A stretch of DNA of 64,000 nucleotides from a virus. Under the pieces are notes generated by a model. It was not told the origin of the DNA. It saw only the letters and a program-made list of their open reading frames with translations, and searched no databases. The stretch lies in the IMG/VR virus record IMGVR_UViG_3300032307_000797; one strand, written 5' to 3'. Position numbers and translations under genes: made by a program. This document shows, piece by piece, positions 9,737 to 19,611 of this stretch (position 1 is the first letter of the stretch; each line of letters opens with the position of its first letter).

Positions 9737-9952
9737 TTAATCGGTCTTTTTGAGACCGTAGTTTATGTACTTATACCAAAACCGTTCATGGAAGAAATAA
9801 AGGATTGGTTTTAGTACTAATTCCCCTACACCAACCATTGCGGCCCATTTAACGGGTAATCCAGCACCGATGGTTAACCCCACGGTTGTTAGTGTACCTA
9901 ATATTCTATAAGTAATTGTTTTAGCTATGTGTCTCTTTACCAGTGGCATCAA
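9737..9952 (-). CDS. DUF2061-family small membrane protein
   Basis: RHIAKTITYRILGT...LYFFHERFW signature. Confidence 0.8.
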   Translation of the reverse strand: MMPLVKRHIAKTITYRILGTLTTVGLTIGAGLPVKWAAMVGVGELVLKPILYFFHERFWYKYINYGLKKTD

Positions 9953-10286
9953 TCTCTCCTTTTCTTATTTTGGTTCCACTTATCTCACCAATCTCAGTTG
10001 GTGGTTCGTGGTAAATTACATCATACCCAACACCTCTACCGTAATTAACGGATTCAACATCGGGGATAATTGATACAAATAGTTTATCCCAATTCTCCAT
10101 AAAGAATGGGGTATTCATCAAATCCATAAGGACTTGGTGTGGTGATTTTGGATTATTTTCATCAACCTGAACATCTCTAATCGCAACCCAACAGTTCTTT
10201 CCTTTGTCCATTTGTTGTCTGATAAGCCATTCATGACCAGAATGCCAATTCTGCCATCGTCCAATAAACATTGCATATTTTTTCAT
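9921..10286 (-). CDS. HxGH nucleotidyltransferase (cytidylyltransferase-like; candidate minimal ATP sulfurylase)
   Basis: FIGRWQNWHSGH and ISGTKIR motifs; coupled to APS kinase. Confidence 0.75.
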   Translation of the reverse strand: MKKYAMFIGRWQNWHSGHEWLIRQQMDKGKNCWVAIRDVQVDENNPKSPHQVLMDLMNTPFFMENWDKLFVSIIPDVESVNYGRGVGYDVIYHEPPTEIGEISGTKIRKGEIDATGKETHS

Positions 10287-10714
10287 GAGAATAGTTTTTT
10301 GTATAGTTCAGTTAATGTGTCGTTTATCATTCCGTTATTATCCAATTCAATAAAATTCTTCTCGGGTTCCTCAAAATTCTTCACATGGTATTGGATTTTT
10401 TCACCAACATCTTCTCTCCTAACCAATATTTCAATTACAGGATTTTCTGATTTGAATTGTTCTCTAAGTTCCCTATATGGACATACCATGGATATCACGA
10501 CATTGAAATTTTTTTCATTACAAAAACGTGCAATAGTAAATGCTCGTGAGATATTCTCAATGCGTCCTTTTTCGGAATAATCTGTATTAGGGAAAATCTC
10601 CCTCAATTCATCACCGTCAATCATGATGGTGCGATGGTGTCCAATAGTGGAGAGTAGTTTGTTTGCTATGGTTGTTTTACCCGAACCGGGTTGACCTATG
10701 AAAAGATATATCAT
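10283..10714 (-). CDS. cysC: Adenylyl-sulfate (APS) kinase
   Basis: P-loop GQPGSGKTT, IDGDELR, RIENISR, SMVCPY, FEEP. Confidence 0.8.
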   Translation of the reverse strand: MIYLFIGQPGSGKTTIANKLLSTIGHHRTIMIDGDELREIFPNTDYSEKGRIENISRAFTIARFCNEKNFNVVISMVCPYRELREQFKSENPVIEILVRREDVGEKIQYHVKNFEEPEKNFIELDNNGMINDTLTELYKKLFS

Positions 10715-10737
10715 AGGTAAAGTATAAAGAAAAAATA

Positions 10738-10857
10738 CTAATGATTGTAGATAAATGGGTCTCTTTTTTTAAGTTCCTCAAGTTTCTTCTTGAATCTCTT
10801 TTTCCTCTGTCTTTCTTCCCAAAGGTTCTTAAACCAATTAACGATTTTTTTAATCAT
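10738..10857 (-). CDS. 39-aa basic peptide ending KKRDPFIYNH (not in ORF track)
   Basis: ATGA overlap with the carbamoyltransferase stop; translates MIKKIVNWFKNLWEERQRKKRFKKKLEELKKRDPFIYNH. Confidence 0.7.
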   Translation of the reverse strand: MIKKIVNWFKNLWEERQRKKRFKKKLEELKKRDPFIYNH

Positions 10858-12524
10858 GACTTTCTTATTAAATAGTTCCCCATAACCAGTATGTCCATTT
10901 CTGTATCTAAAAATGTGTCCATTGCATCCTGTGGGGTTAATACCATTGTTTTATCCTTAACATTAAAAGATGTGTTCAATAAGATTGGGTAACCTGATTG
11001 ATTCTCATATTCTTTCAATAATCTATAGATTGGGTTAAATGGTGTAACAGATTGTATTCTTGCACTCCCGTCCACATGAGTAATTGATGGTAGTTTATCT
11101 CTATATTTTTCTTTTACTTTTACCACCTGATTCATATAGGGAACAAATCCACCGTATTCAAAATATTTCTTTTGGTCCTCAAAGGTCACCATCGGAGCGA
11201 ACGGACGGAATCCTTCTCTTTTTTTAATTACCTTATTGATTTTGTCCTTCATACCGGGTAATGTTGGGTTTGCCAATATTGACCTGTTACCTAATGCTCT
11301 AGCTCCAAATTCTATTTTCCCTTGGTACCACCCAATTACTTTACCTGATACTATCTCTTCGGAAACTTTCCTATTAAGATTATTTGTTAAATGATATTTT
11401 TTATATGTTATGTCCTTAGTTTTTGTAATTACTCTAAGGATATCAACTTCACTATAATCGGGACCGAGAAATGCGTCTGTATGAACTTTAACAGGACGAC
11501 CAACGGAGTGGAAATAATTCAGACATGCACCAATACAAGAACCAGCATCTGACGGTGCCGGTGGTATCCACAATCTTTTGAAATTCGTATTATCCAATAT
11601 CTTACCATTAGCCGTACCGTTATAAGCACATCCACCGGCTAGTGCGAGGTTTGTTGAATCGGTAAACAATTCAATATCTTTCAGGACTTCAAATAATATA
11701 GATTCGTATTTTTCCTGTACCGCAGCGGCAATATCCATGTGGTCCTGAGTAATCGGTTCTTCAGGTAACCTATTTTCAATACCCATTAATTCAATCAATT
11801 CCTCATTGAACATCAGACAATCTCTATCCCAAGAAAAGTAAACCATATTGGTTTTTAAAGATGCACAATTATGAACAATCAATTGATTAATTTTTTCACG
11901 GTATTTTTCGGGATTACCATAAGGAGCCAAACCCATCAGTTTATATTCACCTTCATTTGGTTTGAATCCGATAAAGGATGTCATTGCTGAGTAAAATAAA
12001 CCAACGGAATGTGGGTAAACAGATAACGGTACAATCTTAAAGTCCCCTTTATTAATGTAACCAACCGACATGGTTTCCCATTCACCGACACCATCTACCG
12101 ATAAGATAACCGCATCGTTAAATGGTGAAGAATAATATGAATAAAATATATGTGAATCGTGATGTTTCGAAAAAAATACTTTATCCGATATTTTCTTTAA
12201 TTCTTTTTTTAATTTCCAATGATTAATCTTTGTCTTGAATAAACTTTTTGATACCTCAGATGGACACTCTAAGAAGTTTTTGAAGAAAGTGTTGTTAACT
12301 CTATCAGATTTTAACTTTGGGTCCTCATAAAAACAAACGGTTTCAATCTCGTTTTTTTTAATTCTATATTTGTCAAAAATGTATTTTAATGCGTTTACCG
12401 GAAATCTATTATCATGTTTTATACCTGTGAATTTTTCTTCTTCGCAAGCAAAAATCAGTTGACCCTTTTTAAAGAGACAAACTGATGAGTCGTGATAATA
12501 TGCTGATATTCCAATTACGTACAT
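10854..12524 (-). CDS. O-carbamoyltransferase (NodU/CmcH family)
   Basis: YHDSS, HHDSH, DGVGE, EFGARALGNRS, KREGFRPFAP, HVDGSARIQ, LLNTSFN. Confidence 0.95.
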   Translation of the reverse strand: MYVIGISAYYHDSSVCLFKKGQLIFACEEEKFTGIKHDNRFPVNALKYIFDKYRIKKNEIETVCFYEDPKLKSDRVNNTFFKNFLECPSEVSKSLFKTKINHWKLKKELKKISDKVFFSKHHDSHIFYSYYSSPFNDAVILSVDGVGEWETMSVGYINKGDFKIVPLSVYPHSVGLFYSAMTSFIGFKPNEGEYKLMGLAPYGNPEKYREKINQLIVHNCASLKTNMVYFSWDRDCLMFNEELIELMGIENRLPEEPITQDHMDIAAAVQEKYESILFEVLKDIELFTDSTNLALAGGCAYNGTANGKILDNTNFKRLWIPPAPSDAGSCIGACLNYFHSVGRPVKVHTDAFLGPDYSEVDILRVITKTKDITYKKYHLTNNLNRKVSEEIVSGKVIGWYQGKIEFGARALGNRSILANPTLPGMKDKINKVIKKREGFRPFAPMVTFEDQKKYFEYGGFVPYMNQVVKVKEKYRDKLPSITHVDGSARIQSVTPFNPIYRLLKEYENQSGYPILLNTSFNVKDKTMVLTPQDAMDTFLDTEMDILVMGNYLIRKS

Positions 12525-13660
12525 TATTTCTTTGAACCATAGTAGATTGTGTCTTTATTAATTCTTTCTCTCCAAGGGTCCAAAACCACACTTCCACTCG
12601 GGAAGACAGTATCATTAAAAACATTTCTATGTCCTAATAAATAAATAGCAGGACCATTCATTTCATCGTACCTAACCTCATTAATGAAACTACCTATGAG
12701 AATGGAATATGACCCGTCAATATATTCGACACCGGGTTTATAGCTCTTACCCATAATAACCACAGGTAATCCATGTTCGATAGATAAATCGATTAATCGA
12801 TTGGCAATGTTTCTTGCTTGTTTTTCCCTTGAGGTCATGATTGCGTCAAATAAATCATAACCCAAACCCAATCTTTGTGCCATATATCTCAATGCTATAT
12901 TATCACGTGGGTGACAAGAACCTCCGTCTCCCATCCCTGCTTTCATATACGCAGGTCCCATGATTCTGTATGTACTTCTTTCAAGTGCACCGGTCACAAC
13001 ATCGGTGTTCATATTTCCATTTAGTTCTGCAACATCTTGAATCATATTGACAATTGAAATCTTTGCCGATATGAATGTGTTGTAGAATATTTTAATTGCC
13101 TCGGCGTCGTCCCATGTACCGATTTCATATCTTGTCCATGGTGATATAATTGTTTGATAGAAATCCTTTAAGATTTTGGCATCTGTTGTTTCAGAACCAT
13201 CTTTGGTTCCTATGATTACCATCTCGGGATTGACCATGTCGTGTTTAACCGTACCCATGGCAATCAAATATGGATTATAAATGAATCTATAATTCTGCAC
13301 CAATGGAATAAATTCTCTACGAGTTGTTCCGGGTAGTACAGTTGAGATTAACACAACTAACTGTTGTTTGTTAGTGTAATTGTTTACCTCAGAAAGAATG
13401 TTCTTAACAATTGTATAATCAAAATCCTTTGGTGGTAAATGCGATGTTGCCTGTTTACCATCATATAATGGGTCATGTGGGGTTGGGACCGCAATAAAGA
13501 TTAAATCCTTATCCTTACAAACCTCCTCAATTGTTTTTACCATTTTAAAATTTGATGGAGTCACTTCTTTAACGTCGTAACCCTCAACAAAGTATTTTTC
13601 CGCCATAACCTCAGCAACATCCTTACCAAGTTTACCGACACCAATAAATCCTATTTTCAT
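12524..13660 (-). CDS. ugd: UDP-glucose/GDP-mannose dehydrogenase family
   Basis: GVGKLG Rossmann motif, IAVPTP, STVLPGT, AEAIKIFYNTF, catalytic GGSCHPRD. Confidence 0.9.
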   Translation of the reverse strand: MKIGFIGVGKLGKDVAEVMAEKYFVEGYDVKEVTPSNFKMVKTIEEVCKDKDLIFIAVPTPHDPLYDGKQATSHLPPKDFDYTIVKNILSEVNNYTNKQQLVVLISTVLPGTTRREFIPLVQNYRFIYNPYLIAMGTVKHDMVNPEMVIIGTKDGSETTDAKILKDFYQTIISPWTRYEIGTWDDAEAIKIFYNTFISAKISIVNMIQDVAELNGNMNTDVVTGALERSTYRIMGPAYMKAGMGDGGSCHPRDNIALRYMAQRLGLGYDLFDAIMTSREKQARNIANRLIDLSIEHGLPVVIMGKSYKPGVEYIDGSYSILIGSFINEVRYDEMNGPAIYLLGHRNVFNDTVFPSGSVVLDPWRERINKDTIYYGSKK

Positions 13661-14331
13661 AATTTTTCTAAAATAATTTCTTTTAATTTAATATGACCAC
13701 CAAACCCCGGATGAGAATCAAAGTATTCATATTCATCGGGGAATTCATCAGATAATGTTAACTTATTTTCCAAAAAAAAGTCATGCATCGATAGATTATC
13801 TTTATTTGATGGAATTGGTAATTTAATTACATTTTCATTCACCATTGTGTATTCATTTAACATATATAATATGAAATATCTTATATTTTTTGTAGTCCTC
13901 AGGTGTTCTAATATATTTATTGTATTATCTAAATCATATTTCCACGTTTTAGGATGCCACTCGACAATATATTCAAGAAGGTTAGATAATTCATTTTTGG
14001 TAAATTTATTAAATGGGTCCTCATTCATTTTGTGGTCAATACCAAGTTGTGGTAACCCCGCACTTGAGAAATAACTATAAACATTATTATCTACAAAATG
14101 TCCAATTCTATCAAATGAACTAAATTGGAAAATGATTGTGTCATTCTCATTAATGTTACTTAGGTTATCTACTAATTCATAGAATAACATGTCATTTGAG
14201 CGACCCGGATTTGCTAAATTTTTAATCCCTAATCCTTTTTCTCTCGCAATTAAGTTACCGTATGAATTTTCTCTGGGCACGTTAAGGTATCCTGACGAAA
14301 AGGAACATCCAAAAATCCATAAATTTCTCAT
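13657..14331 (-). CDS. SGNH/GDSL-like protein
   Basis: IFGCSFS block I, NLANPGRSN, C-terminal DSHP. Confidence 0.7.
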   Translation of the reverse strand: MRNLWIFGCSFSSGYLNVPRENSYGNLIAREKGLGIKNLANPGRSNDMLFYELVDNLSNINENDTIIFQFSSFDRIGHFVDNNVYSYFSSAGLPQLGIDHKMNEDPFNKFTKNELSNLLEYIVEWHPKTWKYDLDNTINILEHLRTTKNIRYFILYMLNEYTMVNENVIKLPIPSNKDNLSMHDFFLENKLTLSDEFPDEYEYFDSHPGFGGHIKLKEIILEKL

Positions 14332-15065
14332 ATACTCTTATTTTTTATAAACGGAACAACCACTTCATTGGCAAATTTCTTATGGCCAAATTCTGTCGGA
14401 TGAATACCAACCACACCATTACCATCCGGCGGATTAAACCCACCGGTAAATTGGTAGTTCTCCTTAACCCACTCGTGGCACCCATTAATTGGTAAAAATG
14501 AATCAAAATTTATCATATCATATAGATATTTGACTTCAGGGTCGTTAACTAATATGTTTGCACCTTGGTAATTGAAGATGTCAAGGTATGATGTCATGAA
14601 ATATTTTATATTATGTTTCTCAAGGAACCATTGTGTCCTTAAAATATGTTCAATGGTTATCATCATCGCCCCAACATTTGTGTGTAGGTACTCATACCAA
14701 ACCTTTGCATGGGCATTCTTCCAGTGGATATTGGTAATTACCCAATTTTTTCTATTTTTTATAATCGATGTCGGGTTCTCAACCCATCCATTGATATTTT
14801 CAATATATGTCGGTCTTTCAATATGAAATTCATGTCTATCAAAACCACTCCACATAATACCTACCACAATATCTTCGGTTTTTCTTGTTTTTAATAACTC
14901 ATTGACATTGTAAATTATTTTTTTTGAAATTAAACCATTACCTGACGACGCCATTCCTACATTCAGTAAGTCCCAATTCATTTCGTTAGAAACAAATGTT
15001 GGCCAATTCCATGGTTCAAATGTGAAGCTACAACCGCTAGCTAAAAGTATTTTTTTAGTATCCAT
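14328..15065 (-). CDS. SGNH/GDSL-like protein
   Basis: ASGCSFT, GMASSGN, C-terminal IHPTEFGH. Confidence 0.7.
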   Translation of the reverse strand: MDTKKILLASGCSFTFEPWNWPTFVSNEMNWDLLNVGMASSGNGLISKKIIYNVNELLKTRKTEDIVVGIMWSGFDRHEFHIERPTYIENINGWVENPTSIIKNRKNWVITNIHWKNAHAKVWYEYLHTNVGAMMITIEHILRTQWFLEKHNIKYFMTSYLDIFNYQGANILVNDPEVKYLYDMINFDSFLPINGCHEWVKENYQFTGGFNPPDGNGVVGIHPTEFGHKKFANEVVVPFIKNKSI

Positions 15066-15993
15066 TTGATTTAAATTTATCTACGATTAACGCAGTTAAA
15101 AACCAATGACCTTGTTCATTTGGATGAAAATTGTTTAACATACTCTTACCCAAAAGACCAAGACCTTTATTTTGTTTATCGACCTCTTCTTCTAATGTTT
15201 TTGTGTCTACTTTTAAATTATATAATTCATGTAAATTTTCATAAAAAGTATGTTCCATGTTTTTAGATGGTTCAAAATCATAACCCGACATTTGAACAAC
15301 TAATCTCATGAATGGGTGTTCAATTACATTAAATGAAAATTGTTCTCTTTCTTTATAATGAAACTCATTGAAATTTTTCCAAACTACCGAGGATTTAAAT
15401 GGTATTCTTTTAACCTGTTCTTCAATTAAATTAAAATACGTTTTATCATATTCATGTTGCCAATCGTTATATTCTAAAACAGGATATTGATTTGGTGTTT
15501 TTGAAAACAAATGTTTTATTGGTTCGTCAACCATATTATTACGGTAATCTCTACCGGGTGATGTTAGTTGGAAGATTAGGAAGACCTCATCATATGAATC
15601 ATTTTCTTTGATTACATCGATGTACTCTCTTAAACGATAATAATGATTGATATTACAGTTACCGGGTTGTGAATTAAGTAGTAAATCTGATTTAAGATAT
15701 GTCGCAACTTTGCCAGCAAAAATGGTGGAAACTCTATATGGTATATTATCCTTATCTTCAACACATCTAACATGTGGTTTTAGATTGTCACCATACGTCC
15801 AACTCTCACCAATAACGACCAATAAGCGTTTACTCTCTGTTTTACAATATAATGTGACATTTTTATTGGCACCTTGACCAACATAGATTTCTTTTGTTTT
15901 ATTATAATAACATTCTTCATGTAAATTAACTTCGGATAATTCTTCCACTGAAGCAACATATTTTTCTAAACCTAAATGCTCATTTATATTCAT
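15055..15993 (-). CDS. SGNH/GDSL-like protein
   Basis: IGESWTYG, PGNCN, C-terminal FHPNEQGH. Confidence 0.65.
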   Translation of the reverse strand: MNINEHLGLEKYVASVEELSEVNLHEECYYNKTKEIYVGQGANKNVTLYCKTESKRLLVVIGESWTYGDNLKPHVRCVEDKDNIPYRVSTIFAGKVATYLKSDLLLNSQPGNCNINHYYRLREYIDVIKENDSYDEVFLIFQLTSPGRDYRNNMVDEPIKHLFSKTPNQYPVLEYNDWQHEYDKTYFNLIEEQVKRIPFKSSVVWKNFNEFHYKEREQFSFNVIEHPFMRLVVQMSGYDFEPSKNMEHTFYENLHELYNLKVDTKTLEEEVDKQNKGLGLLGKSMLNNFHPNEQGHWFLTALIVDKFKSNGY

Positions 15994-16781
15994 ATTAAAC
16001 CATCTTTTACAAATCTATTATACCACAATTCTGCCAGTTTTTCTTGGTTTTCTAATGAGGTGTGAAAACGGTATTTTACATTTTCTTTAACACCATTATA
16101 ATTCCACGGATTTAAATCAGAATTAAATTCTATCATATTATCACCGAATGTTTCAAACTCATGAGGATATAACATCGGGTTAATGCAATAAAATTTAATA
16201 CCCTCGTCCATCAACTTTTTCAAACCACCCTGTACTATCCAGCAATCTTGTTGATTTTTCCAATTAACATCATAAAAACGATTAAACCAATCTAAAAGAA
16301 TTTGTACTTCGTCTTTATTGAAAAGTTTTTCGTGGTGTCCGTCCCAAAATATATTATTTAATGTTTCACTAATCATTTTGGGGTATGTGTTATCAAATAA
16401 CGTATGTTCCGAACTCTTATCAGGAAACCCTTTATAATTGATGTTCTTTAACAAATCATCGGGTTGGTACATCTTATCTCTGTTTTCAGGTAGATACTTG
16501 TTAAAGTAACTGTCAACAGTTAAGTCACCTATCGGGAACTCAAATCTATCGGGAGATGTTAATCCAATTATTACACAATCCGGTTTAGTTCTAATAGCCT
16601 CTTCAATTTGTAATCTAATGGTTTGATTACCACAAGCAGAACGAGCAAAGGTCACCACTTCCCAATCTATTTTTCTACCTAAAATTTCAGTAAAATGTTT
16701 ATTAAAACCATTATCTAAATCATTTGTATCGTATGATAATGCGGACATGAAACTGTCACCACAAACAACTAATTTTTTCAT
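15990..16781 (-). CDS. SGNH/GDSL-like protein
   Basis: VCGDSFM, ARSACGN, C-terminal RFHTSLENQ. Confidence 0.65.
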   Translation of the reverse strand: MKKLVVCGDSFMSALSYDTNDLDNGFNKHFTEILGRKIDWEVVTFARSACGNQTIRLQIEEAIRTKPDCVIIGLTSPDRFEFPIGDLTVDSYFNKYLPENRDKMYQPDDLLKNINYKGFPDKSSEHTLFDNTYPKMISETLNNIFWDGHHEKLFNKDEVQILLDWFNRFYDVNWKNQQDCWIVQGGLKKLMDEGIKFYCINPMLYPHEFETFGDNMIEFNSDLNPWNYNGVKENVKYRFHTSLENQEKLAELWYNRFVKDGLI

Positions 16782-18214
16782 ATTAATCTATCTGTTTTTT
16801 CTTTATTAATTTCCAATGATTTAAATAATTTAATTACTTCATCATTACTAATCATAATATTAAAATTATGTTTTAAAGTTTCTTCCATTTCTTGTGTTAC
16901 TTGATAACGTTTATCAATATCCCAAGATGATATCTCCATCAAAGTATCGACAATTTTTTCAAATCTCTTAGTAAAGTTTTTTTCATTATCATAACTTTCG
17001 TCCCACCATTTATCAAATGTTTTAAAACCAAGTTCTTTTAGTTTTTTCAATGATAATGGATTACCAATTAATACAAATGGTTGTGCACAATATATTGGTT
17101 TGTATATCTTTTCAGAATAAAAAATCGACCTATCATCTATGAGTGATTCGGTAACAATATTCAAGAAGGTAACACTATGTGCTTGTTTATTTAAATTTGC
17201 CGCCTTATTATTCTCCAAATCACCTTCATCATAAACATAATGTTTTGATGCATCATAATTTAAATAAAATTCCAATAAACGTTTCTTAGAATGTTTATAA
17301 CTTTCATCTAAATTTGATGTGAGGATGTTAAAGAATTCTAATGGGTATTTGTTATGTGCCGCGCCTAACGACTTAATCGATTTATCTATCAATTTATCAT
17401 TAGTCATAAGTTCAGCAAATAACGCCAACCTATGTGGTTTTGTTACCCTATTAAATGCCAAAAAATGATATGGTTTTTTATTTAATTTGTTTTGTTCAAT
17501 GAACCAATTAAATGACCCTCTCATTTTATCTTTTGTGTGGTCAGTAATAATATGTCCACCTTCATGGAACCACAAACTGAATTGGAAATAGGAATATGGT
17601 AAAATTGTGAAATTATCCTCAATCATTCCCTTTTGAACCAGCTCAGGGAAAATGTCTGTAGTTAGGAAATTTGAAGTAATGACACATAAATTTTCTTTAT
17701 TGAATTCATATTTCTTAGATAGATTTGACATCCATATAAAGTCGTTATCATTCTGTCCGTAAAAACCTTCGGTTGCTTGTAAAAACACTACCTTAGCCCT
17801 ACCGTTTTTAACACATTCTACCACCCTTTCATCTAAATCTATCGTGTCATATTTGTAGAATAAATCATTATTATAGAGTACAACAGGATAAATAAATGAT
17901 TTATCCGTTTCATATATTTCATCCAATGCAAATACTGAGAAATTACCAAATGAATTATCCATTAATCCCTCAAAATTTTGACTATAAAACTTACATAGAT
18001 ATAATCTTAGTTCATTGGAATCTGATGGTAGTAATGTGTATGGAAACTTAACTCCACTTTCCTTTTCCAATAATGGTTTATTATTAAACTTGGCAGTGTG
18101 CCATGGGTGAATATCATATTCCGCAACATTTGAGTTGGGGTATAATATTCTACCATCTTCAGTATAAACTAAGATTTCAGAATACGCTATGTTTATTTTA
18201 ATATCATTTATCAT
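16778..18214 (-). CDS. Putative GT-B glycosyltransferase-like protein
   Basis: FNRVTKPHR and NIVTES...SEKIYKPI...PFVLIG, resembling the GT10-like nucleotide-binding C-terminus. Confidence 0.5.
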   Translation of the reverse strand: MINDIKINIAYSEILVYTEDGRILYPNSNVAEYDIHPWHTAKFNNKPLLEKESGVKFPYTLLPSDSNELRLYLCKFYSQNFEGLMDNSFGNFSVFALDEIYETDKSFIYPVVLYNNDLFYKYDTIDLDERVVECVKNGRAKVVFLQATEGFYGQNDNDFIWMSNLSKKYEFNKENLCVITSNFLTTDIFPELVQKGMIEDNFTILPYSYFQFSLWFHEGGHIITDHTKDKMRGSFNWFIEQNKLNKKPYHFLAFNRVTKPHRLALFAELMTNDKLIDKSIKSLGAAHNKYPLEFFNILTSNLDESYKHSKKRLLEFYLNYDASKHYVYDEGDLENNKAANLNKQAHSVTFLNIVTESLIDDRSIFYSEKIYKPIYCAQPFVLIGNPLSLKKLKELGFKTFDKWWDESYDNEKNFTKRFEKIVDTLMEISSWDIDKRYQVTQEMEETLKHNFNIMISNDEVIKLFKSLEINKEKTDRLI

Positions 18215-19611
18215 AATTGTATTGTCTTGCAGAAATTATAGAACTCTTCGTATTCAGGGAATGTCTTCACAAAATCGGTTCCTCTTCTTTTATCATGTTC
18301 ACTAAAGAATTTATAAAAGTCATATCGATTTACCATTTGTTGTTTAGTGTCCTGTGGTGAAATCATCCAATCATATATCCTCTTTATTTTAGGTATCTCC
18401 ATTTGTGTAAATCCATAACTAACACCTTCCTTATTCAAGCCCACATGAAATACTTCTTCATAACTCGTAGCTAAATCTGCATGACTTTTAACAGTTGAAG
18501 AAAAATCAAATGGTAACACTTGAACTGTTTGGTGTAATGGATATCTTAAATAAGAGGCATCTAAGGAAACCGGTGTTGTCCACGCTCTTTGTGTGGATGC
18601 ATATTCCCTTTTAAGGTCATAAACACCTGTGATTAATTTACCGTAACTTGGGACAGATAATGCATTGTATGTGCTCATAATTCCAATTGTAACTGTTGGA
18701 CATTTCATAAGTATTTTGTTTAAGTTATCCCAAAATTTGTTAAACACTAATCCATGTCGTCCATATTCTGCCTGTTCTCCCCAACCATCTACTGATGTGA
18801 AGATTACGAAATCTTTCACCCTTTGTTGGTCTTCGATTCTGTTTATCTTTTCTATGAATTTATCAATCAAATTATCAGGAACTCCCAAGTTAGAATTGAT
18901 TGCCAAGTGTAACTCTCTATTTGGATTTGATTGTTCGATGATGTAATCTAACACTCCCCAAGTATCTTTTGATAATAGTGGTTCTCCACCGGTAATTCTA
19001 AACGTATCTAAATCACGGTAAAGGTCTGGCCACCATTCCCAAAACGCATCAACATATGGATTTGGGTCAGTACCTTTAAATGGCATTTTACCCTCTTGTT
19101 TAAGGTAATCTAACCCATTAAAGTTACTAGTTGTTGGGTACGCACCATATCGTTCCGCTTCTTGGACCCATTGAGATGAAAATGATGGTCCACAATATGA
19201 ACATTTGAAATTACATGTATTAGAAAACGCAACCTCAACATATCTTGGGTTGAAGTCCTCTCTCCAATCAGAACTCTTAATGGTTTCCATATGTGGAAGT
19301 GACCACGGTTCAGATGATTTAAAAATTCTATCAGAATAATGTGATGAATTGTCTTCAACATTCCAACAATACGCACATTCTGTTGGTCGTTTACCTTCCA
19401 ACATTTCTTTTCTTTTTTCTTTTTTGAACTTGGTATTGTGAAGTGCGGATGGATTCCTTTTTAATTCACTTAATGGTATTGGATGTGTATCGGGGTGGTG
19501 ACAAGAGTGTGTTCTACCTAATTGTAAATGGATAGTTACCTGTGTCCATTTTGCCAAACAGAAACCACAACCAGTACTGTTGAGTTCTTCTCTTATTTTA
19601 TCTCGGTCCAT
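18211..19611 (-). CDS. Radical SAM enzyme with N-terminal SPASM/twitch-like Cys cluster
   Basis: CNFKCSYC, ITGGEP; N-terminal CLAKW...SCHH...CAYCW. Confidence 0.9.
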   Translation of the reverse strand: MDRDKIREELNSTGCGFCLAKWTQVTIHLQLGRTHSCHHPDTHPIPLSELKRNPSALHNTKFKKEKRKEMLEGKRPTECAYCWNVEDNSSHYSDRIFKSSEPWSLPHMETIKSSDWREDFNPRYVEVAFSNTCNFKCSYCGPSFSSQWVQEAERYGAYPTTSNFNGLDYLKQEGKMPFKGTDPNPYVDAFWEWWPDLYRDLDTFRITGGEPLLSKDTWGVLDYIIEQSNPNRELHLAINSNLGVPDNLIDKFIEKINRIEDQQRVKDFVIFTSVDGWGEQAEYGRHGLVFNKFWDNLNKILMKCPTVTIGIMSTYNALSVPSYGKLITGVYDLKREYASTQRAWTTPVSLDASYLRYPLHQTVQVLPFDFSSTVKSHADLATSYEEVFHVGLNKEGVSYGFTQMEIPKIKRIYDWMISPQDTKQQMVNRYDFYKFFSEHDKRRGTDFVKTFPEYEEFYNFCKTIQL

